Of a DNA stretch of 64,000 nt, positions 38,822 through 50,829 are shown piece after piece. The stretch is taken from the NCBI GenBank assembly GCA_964016885.1, contig OZ024740.1, positions 249,674,001 through 249,738,000 on the forward strand, written 5' to 3'. The translations under genes were made by a program, and so were the position numbers. Source of the stretch: Eledone cirrhosa (lineage: Eukaryota). The notes below the pieces were generated by a model, which worked only from the letters and a program-made list of their open reading frames with translations, did no database searches and was not told the DNA's origin. Position 1 is the stretch's first letter; each line of letters starts with the position of its first letter.

Positions 38822-39445
38822 TGGCAGTATCGGTAGAGGATCGGATGCCATGCTTTGAAGCATAGAGTTACCTCCCTGTATGATCTGAGTTCAAATCCCG
38901 CCGAGGTTAACTTTGCCTTTCATCCTTCCGGGGTCAATAGAATAAAGTACCAGTAATGCATTGGGTAATTGCTGGCCTTGTGCCAAAAGTAGAAACAATT
39001 ATTATCTTTCTTTTTAAGGCGGTGGATTGGTAGTATCAATAGAGGGTCGGACGCCATGCTTTCCAGCATAGAGTTACGTCCCTTTATGATCTGAGTTCAA
39101 ATCCCGCTGAAGTTAACTTTGCCTTTCATCCTTACGGGGTCGATAAAATAAAGTACCAGCAATGCACTGGGATAATTGCTGGCCTTGTACTAAAAGTAGA
39201 AACAATTATTATCTTTCTTTTTTTCCTCATCCACAAACATTATTTCATTTCCTTTAAGGCGGTGAATTGGCAGTGTCGGTAGAGGGTTGGACGCCATGCT
39301 TTCTAGCATAGTTACGTCCCTTTACGATCTGAGTTCAAATCCCGCCGAGGTTAACTTTGCCTTTCATCCTTACGGGGTCGATAAAATAAAGTACCAGTAA
39401 TGTACTGGGTAATTGCTGGCCTTGTGCCTAAAGTAGAAACAATTA
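38822..39445 (+). mobile_element. Three head-to-tail SINE copies (38822-39002, 39018-39208, 39258-39445)
   Basis: Same family as 7630-7807. Confidence 0.9.
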
Positions 39446-39829
39446 TTTCATTTCCTTTAACCTAACACAAATTCAACATTAATAAAATGATTTCCCGCCT
39501 AGTTGTATGCATTTCATTTCAACACTTACAAGTCTAATGCATCGCGCTCCCTCTCCTCTAAGGACAGGCAATTGGTTGAGTCATTTGGAAGTCAGACAGC
39601 TAAAACAAAAGAGTCCTAATTTTGCATTATGTCACCAGAATTGCACTCTGTCCATGACAAAGAAATTCAAACCTTCAAATAGACCCGTTGACCTAGCTTG
39701 GAAATTGTTACAAATTCATGTAAAATCCCAGTGTCTTGCACTGTATCCTTCAATAATGTTGAATTTTATGTAGAACTGGTAGAATCCAAATGACAGATAT
39801 GGAAAAACTGGGCCATCGATTGTATTTCC

Positions 39830-42800
39830 TGTTGTGAGGGACCTACTTTTGCGTCTCCACTTGAGTCTAGACAGAATCTCACTGCGCAGATGTTCATCTG
39901 TTTTACGTCTGTTCAAAAAGTACAGAGAGCCTCTCATACACAGTCATAGCACTCATTAACATGCTCGTCCACACAGTACCAAAGAGAGGACACTTCCAGC
40001 ATACTAGCTCCCCCACCCCATCGGCCTCAAGGATCAAACCCCACATAATATCACTCCATGTCAAAGTCCGCCATCCACCTGGCTGAATGGCATTCCTGTT
40101 GCGATCTCTGCACAGCTGTGGTGGTGCTTTCGCTCTCCTCTTCCACGAAGTCCATTAAATCAACGACTCTATGGACATCAAAGACGTGACTTGGCATTCC
40201 GCCCATAGATGTTGTTTCGGGAATTTACAGCCGTTACCATCCCCTTTCTCTATTGAGATGTGCAACGCGCATTTGGGGGCTTGACCTAGACTTCTTCGTC
40301 CACTTGTACAAATGCATTTTATATTTCCTCCACTGATTATTGTAATAATGTGTACAGATGTCGCCATTTGTATCTATATATTGCCCTATGTAGCACCAAT
40401 TCCTCGGCCTGTCACACCTGTGGAAACGTGTTGTACCGGAACACCGCTTCCATTGGTGAAATGTGTCACCTCTCCACCATGGCTTTGATCGTGCAATAGT
40501 GTCTCTCCACGATCCCATATCCACTCAGCCTGTACACCGCTCTGAAGAAGCAGCTCACATTCCAACCAGCAAGCGTTTCCTTCAACACCTCCAAACAAAC
40601 TGCCCTGCTGGTATCCATCAACAGTTCATCCAAAGGGTCCCAATCCAAGAATATCTCTTTCAGTATCTGTGCAATTTCCTCTGTAGTCCCCATCTTCATC
40701 TCTCTCCATATTGCCATACTCCCTGGTCTGCAATCAACCATCAAGAGATATGTCCCCTGTCAGTAGTGTGTCACATCCACAGTTAAACATTTCCAGTTGT
40801 GCTTCACTGGGATGTTACCCGTCTTTTGCATGCCTTGGCGCCTGTGGCGGAGTCGATAGACTGACATCTGTTGTAACTCCTGACCACTTTCTGGACACTC
40901 TATCTGGAAAGTCAGAGTTGACTTTCCTGGCTAGGAACAGGCTCCTATCCATTCCCATATGATGCATGGTTGTACAACCTCCTCAACTCCGAGTCTCTCA
41001 GCCGACACACTGTAGCTATCCCCTTTTCCGCATCCTCTGGCACTTCCAGTCAGGCTTTCTGCACTCTGGTTAGGATGTCCGTCCTATTTTTCTTTGAGGG
41101 CACAAAGACAAACATTCAACTTTAGGCCGAGCTCAGCAGCCATCTCTCTCAGAGTTCCCAGGCAGTGCTTTATTAACATTTCTGCTGCCCCGTTTGTTCA
41201 CATCCTCCTCTCGCTGGTAAGCATTGATTTCACCCATCAAGTACAGTTGCCGAATCAGTATGAATCACTATGGTACGCAGCTCCCATCTCAGGGCAAGAT
41301 TCTTTCCCTTCAGGACAGCGTCCAATTTGGCTACATTGATGTGGTTACAGTCCTCCTTCTTCCTGAGCCAATCTGCGTCCTCAACCTCGACACCCCCTAT
41401 TTCCATAGCGACTCCTAGCGCTATGTTGCTGGCATCACACCATATGATCCCATTCTCCGATTTGGGTATGTATCAGCTTCTTCTTACTGGGTCATCTACC
41501 TTTACCATCTCCACAATCTCCTGCATTATGGCCACCATCCTCTCACCTACCCTGTCACCTCAGCTCTCACCGTCTGCTCATCTCTTGACATAGCTGCATG
41601 CTGTTCAGAGCCACCCCATGAGTTGATAGTGGCTCACCAATTTCCCACACATTGAGAAAAGTTCTTGTTTATCCATGCTGGTGTCCAGTTCTGGGACTTA
41701 ATTTCCCCTTCAAAATACCAGTGTACCTGTCTTGTCTCTTCGCAGCTTGAGTACCAGTGTAGTTCCTCCTTCCGTCACCTCTGGCAGTTTCATGGTTAAC
41801 CCGAACCTTCCTAGGTGCCCTGAGACCACTACTGCTGATACCACGAACTCATTTACCAAGATATTATCAATGTAGGAGTTGGTGATCTTCTTCACCTTCT
41901 CTAGAATGGCCTTGAGGACCGCTGTCATGATCTTTGGTGCTGAATTCAATCCAAACCCCAGCCTGGTTAGGTAGTATGTCTGGCCCTTATACCTGACCAG
42001 CTGATACTGTCAGTTTCTCAGCTATGTGTAGCTGCAGATATGCTAACAATCATAGAGGGCCCTGTCATTAGTCTCCATTCTCGCAAGGTTCCCCCCACAG
42101 ACATCTGTGACCTCACCACCTGTGTGGCATGACACGCATTCTTTCAGTTCCTGAAAGTCCAGTACTGACCTGGCCTTGTTCTTCGTTGGTTGTACTTCTG
42201 CCAGCAACACTCCACCCTTTCTCTTCTCCTTCCAAGGGATCAATATGCCCTCCTCAATCCATCTTTGCACCTCTCCCTCAAATGCATTTCTAGCATCCCC
42301 TTCCAGGGTATGCTGATAGCAGCTCACTCTGTTCTTCAACGTTGGGGCTCTCCTTTCCAGTACCGCTCAACTATCCACTGCTGATCATCGAATGCAGGCA
42401 TGAAATCCTTGTCTTTTATGGTATGAACAGCACATTTTTCTCCATGGATCTCCCTGTTCCTCTGTAGCTCACTCACGGTGCATGGTGTTCTCGCGCTATC
42501 AGCATTACCCCGTCCTCACTGTAACACCTCCTAAGCAGCCAATCGCATCCATGCCCATTACCACATCAATTCTATCCACCACGTGGTCAATCACGGTTGC
42601 CTGCAGCCTTATTTTCATTCCTCGTACTGCCATCTCCACCTCACTGCTACTTCTGCATCTAATCCCCCTGCTGTTGTGCCCTTACACTACTCATCCTGCT
42701 CCACTTTTTAGCCAACTCCAGGGTCACTAATGTCATTGTGCAGCCCGTGTCCACAAGTGCTTGTGACAGTCCCCCCTACCATCAGAATTTCTACTATGGG

Positions 42801-43959
42801 CAGCGACTGCAAGTGCACCTCTACTCGTTTCCAAGGGTAGCTTCTGGGGAAGTAACTCCCCTTTGATAATTTTCCTGATTGCAATTGTTAGCAATGTGAC
42901 CTGCCTGCTCATATCCGTAGCAAATTATTTCAGGCTTCAGCTCCCTGCAGTTCCTTGCCATGTGTGGACCCTGACACATGAAGCACTGGCCTCTGAACGG
43001 CCACAGCCAAGCATTCCTGGGGGTTCTTCTCCCCTTGTCATTCATCGATCATTGTCGACTGCTATGGGTTTCTGTCACTGCTAACACTGCAACATTCCGT
43101 TCAATGCTACATGTCACTAGGCGACCCTCTGTGATTAGCTCACTCATGGACATTTTGTTGTTGCCTGGCAACTGTTGGAACCCCACCAAAATTTTGTTGG
43201 GGAAACCGTTCACAAACGCCATTCGCAAGGCCTTTTTGAGATTCTCTCCTATGGATTCAGCTAGTCCACCTGTTCTCCCGTCCATCTCACTTTGCCTAGC
43301 TTGGCGAAAGCAGCATAAAGTCCACCAATGAATGCTTCCTTGAGGCGTTGCTCTATCTTCTCCATGTTCAATTGGTCTGACCGGTCCATTTCGAAGGGTA
43401 ATACTAATGCATCGTCGTAGAAATAAAGTGCCATGAAGCCAGCCACATTTTTAATGCCTTGCAACGTGGTGACCAATTTTATCTTTCTAATCCAGGTGAT
43501 AACACCCCCTTGCTGCTGAAGGCTTTTCGTTGCCATATCGTCTGTGAAATCAGAGAAAGCAACTAATAATAATAATTGTTTCTACGTTTGGCACAAGGCC
43601 AGAAATTACCCAGTACATTACTGGTACTTTATTTTATCGACCCCTTAAGGATGAAAGGCAAAGTTAACCTTGGCGGGATTTTAACTAATAATAATAATGA
43701 TAATAAAACGGTGCCAAAAATAGCTTTTCATGAGGAAGTGTAGGGACCTACCTTTGCATCTCCACTTGAGTCCAGACTGAATCTCCCCGACAGGATGTTT
43801 ACCTGTTTTACATCTGGCCAAAAACTGCACACACAATCATAGCACTCATCAACATGCGCGTCCACACAGTACTGCGTCCTGACCAAAGAGAGGGTGAAAA
43901 GGCCAACAAACTCTAATGTCACATCATTGGCCGCTCGCTTCCGGCACCATAACCCCACA
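39830..43959 (-). mobile_element. Degenerate full-length Gypsy-like LTR retrotransposon with short (~220 bp) LTRs
   Basis: LTR-like repeats at ~39830-40020 and 43739-43959; candidate TSD TTTCC (39825-39829, 43960-43964); gag knuckle CFMCQGPHMARNC, protease ALVDTGCT, RT VLDF/GLNSAP/YIDN, integrase; SINE fragment at 43572-43684. Confidence 0.85.
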
Positions 43960-44520
43960 TTTCCTATTTTCTTCAAGGATGATTCAATCTTAAGGAAGAT
44001 AGGAAATATATAGTCGAGAATGAATACTTTCATATTTCCATTCTTTCAATATAAATATGTAACAAATAACACTTCCTTCTCCAAGCCTAGATTCGAAACC
44101 GAATCTAAGAATTCTCGCTGTTCAAAATCACGACGACAGGCGCCAAAGAAAGGTTTTTTCTTTGTCCTGTCAAAAGGTGATTGATCGCCTCCCTTTGACC
44201 TCAGCTAGGTCAAGCCAAAGTCAAATTGACCGAAGGACGTAGAAACCCTGTTGCGGTATGTCTATCATTCTAGCCACCGCAACATTATATATATGAGAGT
44301 CAAGGGAAACCCGGGACAGAAAGCTGGTCTGACACCGGACACAGAGAGACCTGGCAAAGCAAGCGTAATGCACTACTGTGTCAGATGAACTACACACACA
44401 CACAAACATATTCATTCTAACACACCAGTTCCACAAATGTATCCTGGTTCTATTTTCTAACAGCTCGTAGCAGTTGTCAACATTAACATTTTTGTATGTA
44501 GTAAAGCATGATGTGTACAT
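43960..44520 (-). pseudogene. Unidentified coding relic with a C2H2-like motif; continues at 39829-39665 across the Gypsy insertion
   Basis: CVRCQTSFLSRVSLDSH...; removing the element and one TSD joins ..SLKKIGN|TIDGPVFPY.. in frame; several stops. Confidence 0.4.
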
Positions 44521-44979
44521 AACCACAAATTAAGTTCCAGTGAAATAAATTATTTTTATAATGAATCCATTCACCTACTTGTTCATTTTTCCGGCATACA
44601 CATGCCTTATCAATATTTCACCATTATACACACACAACGACTACAAATATATATAGTAAAAGTAATTAATTAATACCTTTGAAATAACGCAACCACTATC
44701 AGCTTTAACATTTTTTTATACCAAACTGCCTGAAAAGGTCCCTAGTTCTACAATACAAGTCTATTTGTTTTAAAGTGTATATATTTATTAAAAAAAACTT
44801 GCCATTATAATTTTTTGTAAGAACATTTGTTTTCAAACACCATCTTAAATCCACCCAAACTCTTGAATATTTTCAAACATGCATGTGTACAAAATCCTAT
44901 TGTGTTAAAAACAATAATTACGCATGAAGCAAATTATTCATTAAAGTAATTACTAAATACGTTTTTACATTAAATATTG

Positions 44980-45022
44980 ATTTACGAACGTTTCGTCCCC
45001 TTATTGGGACTTATCAAAATTA
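44980..45022 (-). ncRNA. Hammerhead ribozyme, U3-A8 core variant
   Basis: ATT-TTGATAA-GTCCC-AATAAG-GGGAC-GAAA-CGTTCG-TA-AAT. Confidence 0.7.
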
Positions 45023-45994
45023 GTTATTTATAAGTAAAAGTCTCATTATAAAACACACCAAACCGCTCAACAACCAGCAGTCAGAGGATATATTTACATT
45101 TAAAATTTAAAATGACGTCATAATGTTATAGACAGAGATGCATAGAAAATATATGTTGCCTCACTACAGAGGTATAACGTCAAACCATTTTAGCACATCT
45201 ATATATATAAAACAAAGAATGTCTGTGTATCTGTTTCCCTAAAACTCGAAAAGTACGCAACCGTTATTTTTCAAACTTTACACATGTAATATGTATGGCC
45301 CTGTGAGAGTTTTGAGCAAAAATAATTTTCAAATTATTTAGTCCTAGGGATCGAATTAGTGAACTGGCCAATATCTATACATAATGAGGGAGTGAGAGGG
45401 GAGAGAAAGAAACGGAGAGGCGAAGTGATGAAGTGGCCCTCTACTCCTCCTCCTCCATCTCCCCATTCGTCACAGCGTTTTTCGATAGAGGGGAGAAATG
45501 TGAGTGAGTTATAAAGAGAAAGAGTGAGAGTGAAAGAAACAGACAGACTAAAAGAGGAGGATAGCGGGAGAGAAAGCGACAGACGCTGTGTTTGATACAT
45601 GACAGTGGAAGAGGGGAAGGAAAGCTATAACTAATTAACACGTGCGCATGTTTGTGTGTGTTCGTGCAGCGTTCCACTAAGAGTTAAATCTATTAACATG
45701 TATGTGTGTGTACGTGTACACGTGCGTGCGTGAGTGTGTATGTGTACGTGCGTGTGGCGTTTCACTTACGCCATTTTTTCAGTGACAACATATTCACTAA
45801 CTTACACTCATTCCAACCGCAGCTCTTACTGTTACCCCTCTCCCCATCCATACCCCGGTTAAGACGGCACTCATGGCTTAGCAATTACATAGTCAACCGT
45901 TCGGAAATCACATGCATCGGTTTTTAATTCACTGACGAGTTTACTCCTTATTCTACCAGTGAGTTTCAGTGTACTTCGTCCTGCTTTTAGGTCA

Positions 45995-48900
45995 TGCCTC
46001 GAAGGAAGATATACTCCATTGGCCGAAAAACTGCGAAAATAACAACAACAAGAACAGGGCGGGCAAACGAATCGTCAGCGGAATCTGCTATTCGTGCTGC
46101 CACCAGAAGAGCACTTGAAACACACAACCAACGAACCATTCGCTGAACCGCTAATGCCACATCGACTTCTGTTACACGAGCTGCCGAGACGGAAGACCAG
46201 CGTAAAAGACGTCGGAGTACGGATGCTGCGAATACTGCTGCTGCGCGAGCTACAGAGACCTCGTAAGAACGAGACATTCGACTACAATGTAATGCTCAAC
46301 GAAGGGCCTTTGGGCAGGGTATTTCAAGGCCGTGTTGCTCACGATGGTCCTTAAAAGCATTCGAGTACAACCCTGACTTTGATTACAGTGGCCATCCAGA
46401 CATGCGATTTGGGAGTATGTCAAAGACGTGCTCTTTCTGCAATGCAAAAAAGTGGCCCGGAGAAACACCTGGCTTGTGTTGCGCAAGTGGAAAAGTAAAA
46501 TTACGTCACCTGGAGGGTCCACCACAACCGTTGAAGCTCCTATATTCTGGCAGTACTGCGGAGTCACGGCATTTCCTGACTTACATCTGGAGGTATAACT
46601 GTGCTTTCCAAATGACATCTTTCGAGGCGAACATTGTCAAGGAAGGCGGATTTATGCGCACATTTAAGATGCAAGGTCAGGTGTACCATAGAATCGGATC
46701 CCTCTAACCTGTCGCCAATCAAGAACCTCAATTTCTTCAGCTGAACTTTGTTTGGAATGTCAACGAGCAGGCAGCCATCAGGAACTCCATTTCACCTGGT
46801 ACCAACGTCGAGCTTATAATGGAAACTGCAAGACATTCTGCACACAAAAAAACAGCTATGTCATTAGCTTCAAGTATGCCTTGGAAGCAGATACCACAGC
46901 CAATTTTAATATGGTAATTGATACCTCGAAAATGCCATCTGGGGAGCATCCGGGTCGGTATAATTATCCTGCATGCAATGAAATCACTGTACTTATGCAT
47001 GGGGCTCAGCATAATCCACGAGACATTGTCCTCAAGCGTCGAGATAGCACCCTTCAGCGAATCAGTGAAACACATAGGTCTTACGATGCGCTCCAGTATC
47101 CACTTCTTTTTGTAAATGGTGAGGACGGCTATCAGTACGAAATTCACCAGCATTATCCAGTAAACCCCCAACACTCCGTCAAAAAAACAGTTTCATGCAT
47201 GGATTTCTACTCCTACCGCTTCATGGTTCGCCACCATTCCTTCAATCACCTGCACCAGTCAAGAGACCTACTTCAGCAATTTGCCGTTGATGTGTGCGCA
47301 AAAATGGAATCGGAGAGACTGTGTTTCATACGGTCACACCAAAGGCAACTGCGGTCCGAGAGCTACATCCATCTCCGAGATGCCATCAACAATGACGCAG
47401 CTCCCATAAACGTAGGAAAAGTCTGCATTCTCCCCTTCACCTTCACCGGAAGTCCACGCTACATGCACGAGAGAACGCAGGGTGCTATGACCTACGTACG
47501 GCATTACGGCAGGCCTGATCTGTTCATCACATTCACTTGCAATCCAAAGTGGAAGGAGATCGGGGCAGAACTGTTCCAAGAGCAACAGGCCACAGACAGG
47601 CATGACTTCCTGGCCCGAGTCTTTCGGCTGAAGCTTATCAATCTTATGGAGCTTATCAAGAGAGGGCAAGTCTTTGGCCTTGTAAAGTGCGACATGTAGA
47701 CCGTAGAGTGGCAGAAGAGGGGCCTACCGCACGCCCACATCCTCATTTGGCTGTCAACAAAAATATCTTCAAATGACATTGACAGCATCATCTCCGCAGA
47801 GTTTCCCGATCCGTCTATACACAAAGACCTCTATGACATAGTGAAGACAAACATGGTCCATGGTCCATGTGGGCGGGGTTTCAAGTTAAGCTCACCCTGC
47901 TTGAACGACAATGTCTGCAGCAAAAGATTTCCCCGAAAGTTTCTCCAAGAAACCCAGACTGGCGTTGACGGATACCCGCTGTACAGGCGACGCCAACCCG
48001 GAGACGGTGGTTTTACAGCAACAGTTGGACAGCACGAGGTCTACAACAGCTGGATAGTGCCATACTGCCCATTTCTTTCCAAGACCTTCGGTGCTCACAT
48101 CAATGTCGAGTTCTGTAATTCCGTCAAGTCAATCAAGTACATATTTACATATGCGAATAAGGGTTCAGACGCTGCTATGTTCGGTCTTCAACAGGACAAC
48201 AGCCGTGATGAGGTCACACAATACCAAGTTGGCCGTTACATCAGTAGCAACGAGGCTTTCTGGCGTATTTTCGGCTTCCCTATACACCAAAGGCACCCTG
48301 CAATTGAACAGCTCGCAGTCCACCTGGAGAATGGTCAAAGGGTGTACTTCACTGACGTTAATGTTGCTCAAATGGTGGAGGGAAACCACCCTTACTGCTT
48401 TCTTCAAACTTTGTCAGGCCGATTCATTTGCTCAAACCCTGATGTATCCTCAGGTGTCGTCCTATTACACGTGGAATAAACAACAATGGGTTTGCAGAAA
48501 GGCAGGTCAGCCTGTTGATGGACATCCTGGCATAAAGTTTGACAGTTGCCTAGGGAGAGTTTACACAGTGCACCCGAGCCAGCATGAGTGCTTCTACCTC
48601 CATCTTCTGCTACATGAGGTAAGAGGACCCCAGTCCTTTCATGACCTTAGAACTGCCGACGGTTCCATGTGCAGCACTTACAGGGAAGCTTGCTTCAAGC
48701 GCGGCCTGCTAGAAGACGGTGCGCAGTGGGATGCCACTTTAATCGAAGCAGTTGCATCTCAATCGCCTATGCGCCTACGAGCTCTATTTGCAGTACTGCT
48801 GTAAACTTGCGAACTGAATAATCCTATCTCTTTGTGGCTCAAGTATAAAGATGACTTATCCGAGGACTACAAACGCCAGGCACAAGTGCAATACCCTGAG

Positions 48901-50453
48901 ATGCAACGTACCAGCGACGAGGTCTTCAATCTAGCGTTGATTGACATAGAGGATAGAGTTGCATCACTCGGCAGAAATTATTTGCCCTCATATGGTCTGC
49001 CCCAAATAATCCGTACAAGGTCAAACGTACTTCCTACAGCTCTTCTCCGAGAAACGTCCTATGACGTCGATGCTCTTACCAAGTACGTCTTTGAAACTGA
49101 ACCACAACTTCTTCCGGAACAACGTCGTGCTTACACCATCGTTGCCGACCATGTGCGTCACAGAAAAGGAAGTATGTTCTTTCTGGATGCTCCTGCAGGG
49201 ACGGGCAAAACATTTTTAACGAGACTCCTTGCAAAAGTCAGGATGCACAAGGACATTGCGGTTGCTGTTGCCTCTTCTGGAATTGCTGCCACTTTGTTGC
49301 TCGCACACTTTGTGGATCGCACACTCCAGTTTTAAATTGCCTCTCAATTTAACAACGTCAGAAACGCCTACTTGCAGCATCAGCAAAACCTCCAACCAGG
49401 GCGATGTCAGCTCATTGTGTGGGATGAGTGCACCATGGCCCATAAGAGAGCTCTGGACTCATTAAACAGAGCTCTCAAGCACATCAGAAGCTGCCAAGCT
49501 CTCATGGGAGGTGTTACGCTTCTGCTTTCGGGTGACTTCTGGCAGACTCTTCCTGTCATTCCCAAAGGCACAAGAGCAGATGAGGTCCAAGCATGCCTAA
49601 AGTCCTCTCCTCTGTGGCGCTGATTCTTACAACCAACATGAGAGCTTAATTCTACGGCGACCAAACGTCCGCGGAATTTGCACAGGACATTTTGAAACTT
49701 GGAGACGGCAAAATACCTTTGGACGCTGCAGGAGAGCTGGAAGTGTGGCCATTTTCGACCTCAGTTAATTCTGCGGGGGAGCTGAAAGACAAAGTGTTTC
49801 TAGATTTGAGAGACAATTACCAGAACCACGCATGGTTGTGTGAAAGAGCAGTGTTAGCTCCAAAAAACGTCGCTGTTAACAAAACCAACGACCAACTACA
49901 GCACTCTCTTCCTGGTGTTCTTCACACTTACAAATCTGTTGACACGATGCCAGATCCCAATGAAGTGGTGAACTTTCCTTTCCGCCGGAGTTCCTCAATT
50001 CTTTGGAGCCCCCAGGACTACCGCTTCACATGCTTCTCCTTAAAGTTGGCACCTCTGTAATGCTGCTGCGGAATTTGGAACCACCAAGACTGTACAACGG
50101 GACACGGCTGGCTGTAAAAAAATTGATGACACATGTAATCGAGGCAACAATCCTTTCTGGATGCGGAAAAGGTGATGATGTCTTCATTCTGAGAATTCCT
50201 CTCATTCTCTCGGGAGCAGAAATTCCGTTCACCTTCCGAAGACTCCAATTTCCGCTTCGGATCAGTTTTGCTATGTCCATTAACAAGTCCCAGGACAAGA
50301 TTCTTTCTGTGGCCGGACTTCTTCTGGAATAACCGTGTTTCTCCCACGGACAATTGTATGTTGGGTGCTCTAGAGTGGGCAGCAGGGAAAGTCTTTTCGC
50401 ATTTGCACACCGAGGAAAAACAAGAAACATCGTTTACAACGAGGTGTTGTAAA
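45995..50453 (+). pseudogene. Helitron RepHel 1 (Zn-binding + HUH Rep + Pif1-like helicase), disrupted
   Basis: MPRRK start; CSFCNAKKWPGE..CC..GK; DLFITFTCNP; EWQKRGLPHAH; SIKYIFTYANKG; DAPAGTGKT; WDECTM; FAMSINKSQ; HGQLYVGCSRV; multiple frameshifts. Confidence 0.95.
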
Positions 50454-50623
50454 TGCAACAGCAAGGAGATAGGTCCGTAATCACCATTTCTTTAGCCAGC
50501 ATGATGAGCTTTTAAACAGTCTCTTAACTAAAACTTATGTTTCCCTCGGTTTAAGGTGATCGCCTTCAGAGAGGAACCCAGCTTGACAATCGGCGCAGCA
50601 ATTTAAGGCGGCTGAACAAATCG

Positions 50624-50829
50624 TGAACGCATACAGAGTCATTCTAATGGCTGCCAATGAACGCAACTGAAGTCCTTTTCGCGGCCGTTGGAGAACGCAG
50701 TCAAAGTCCTTTCAAGGGCTGCAAGTGAACGATCAAACGGCCCTTTTTAGGGCCGAAATTGTTGATGGTGACCCCTCATTTTTAGGGCTGTCAGTGAACG
50801 CATACACAACCCTATTTAAGGGGCCCTAC
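50624..50829 (+). repeat. Six degenerate 34-bp tandem units
   Basis: Units start at 50624, 50658, 50692, 50726, 50760 and 50795; consensus TGAACGCA-N6-GTCCTTTTNAGGGCYG. Confidence 0.8.

Noticed and set aside
50738-50755. Hairpin as the 3' terminus of the first Helitron unit
   Set aside because: Not followed by CTRR; it is one unit of the 34-bp array.
50624-50829. CRISPR interpretation of the 34-bp array
   Set aside because: Variable segments are only 4-6 nt, units are degenerate, and no cas-like ORF is present.
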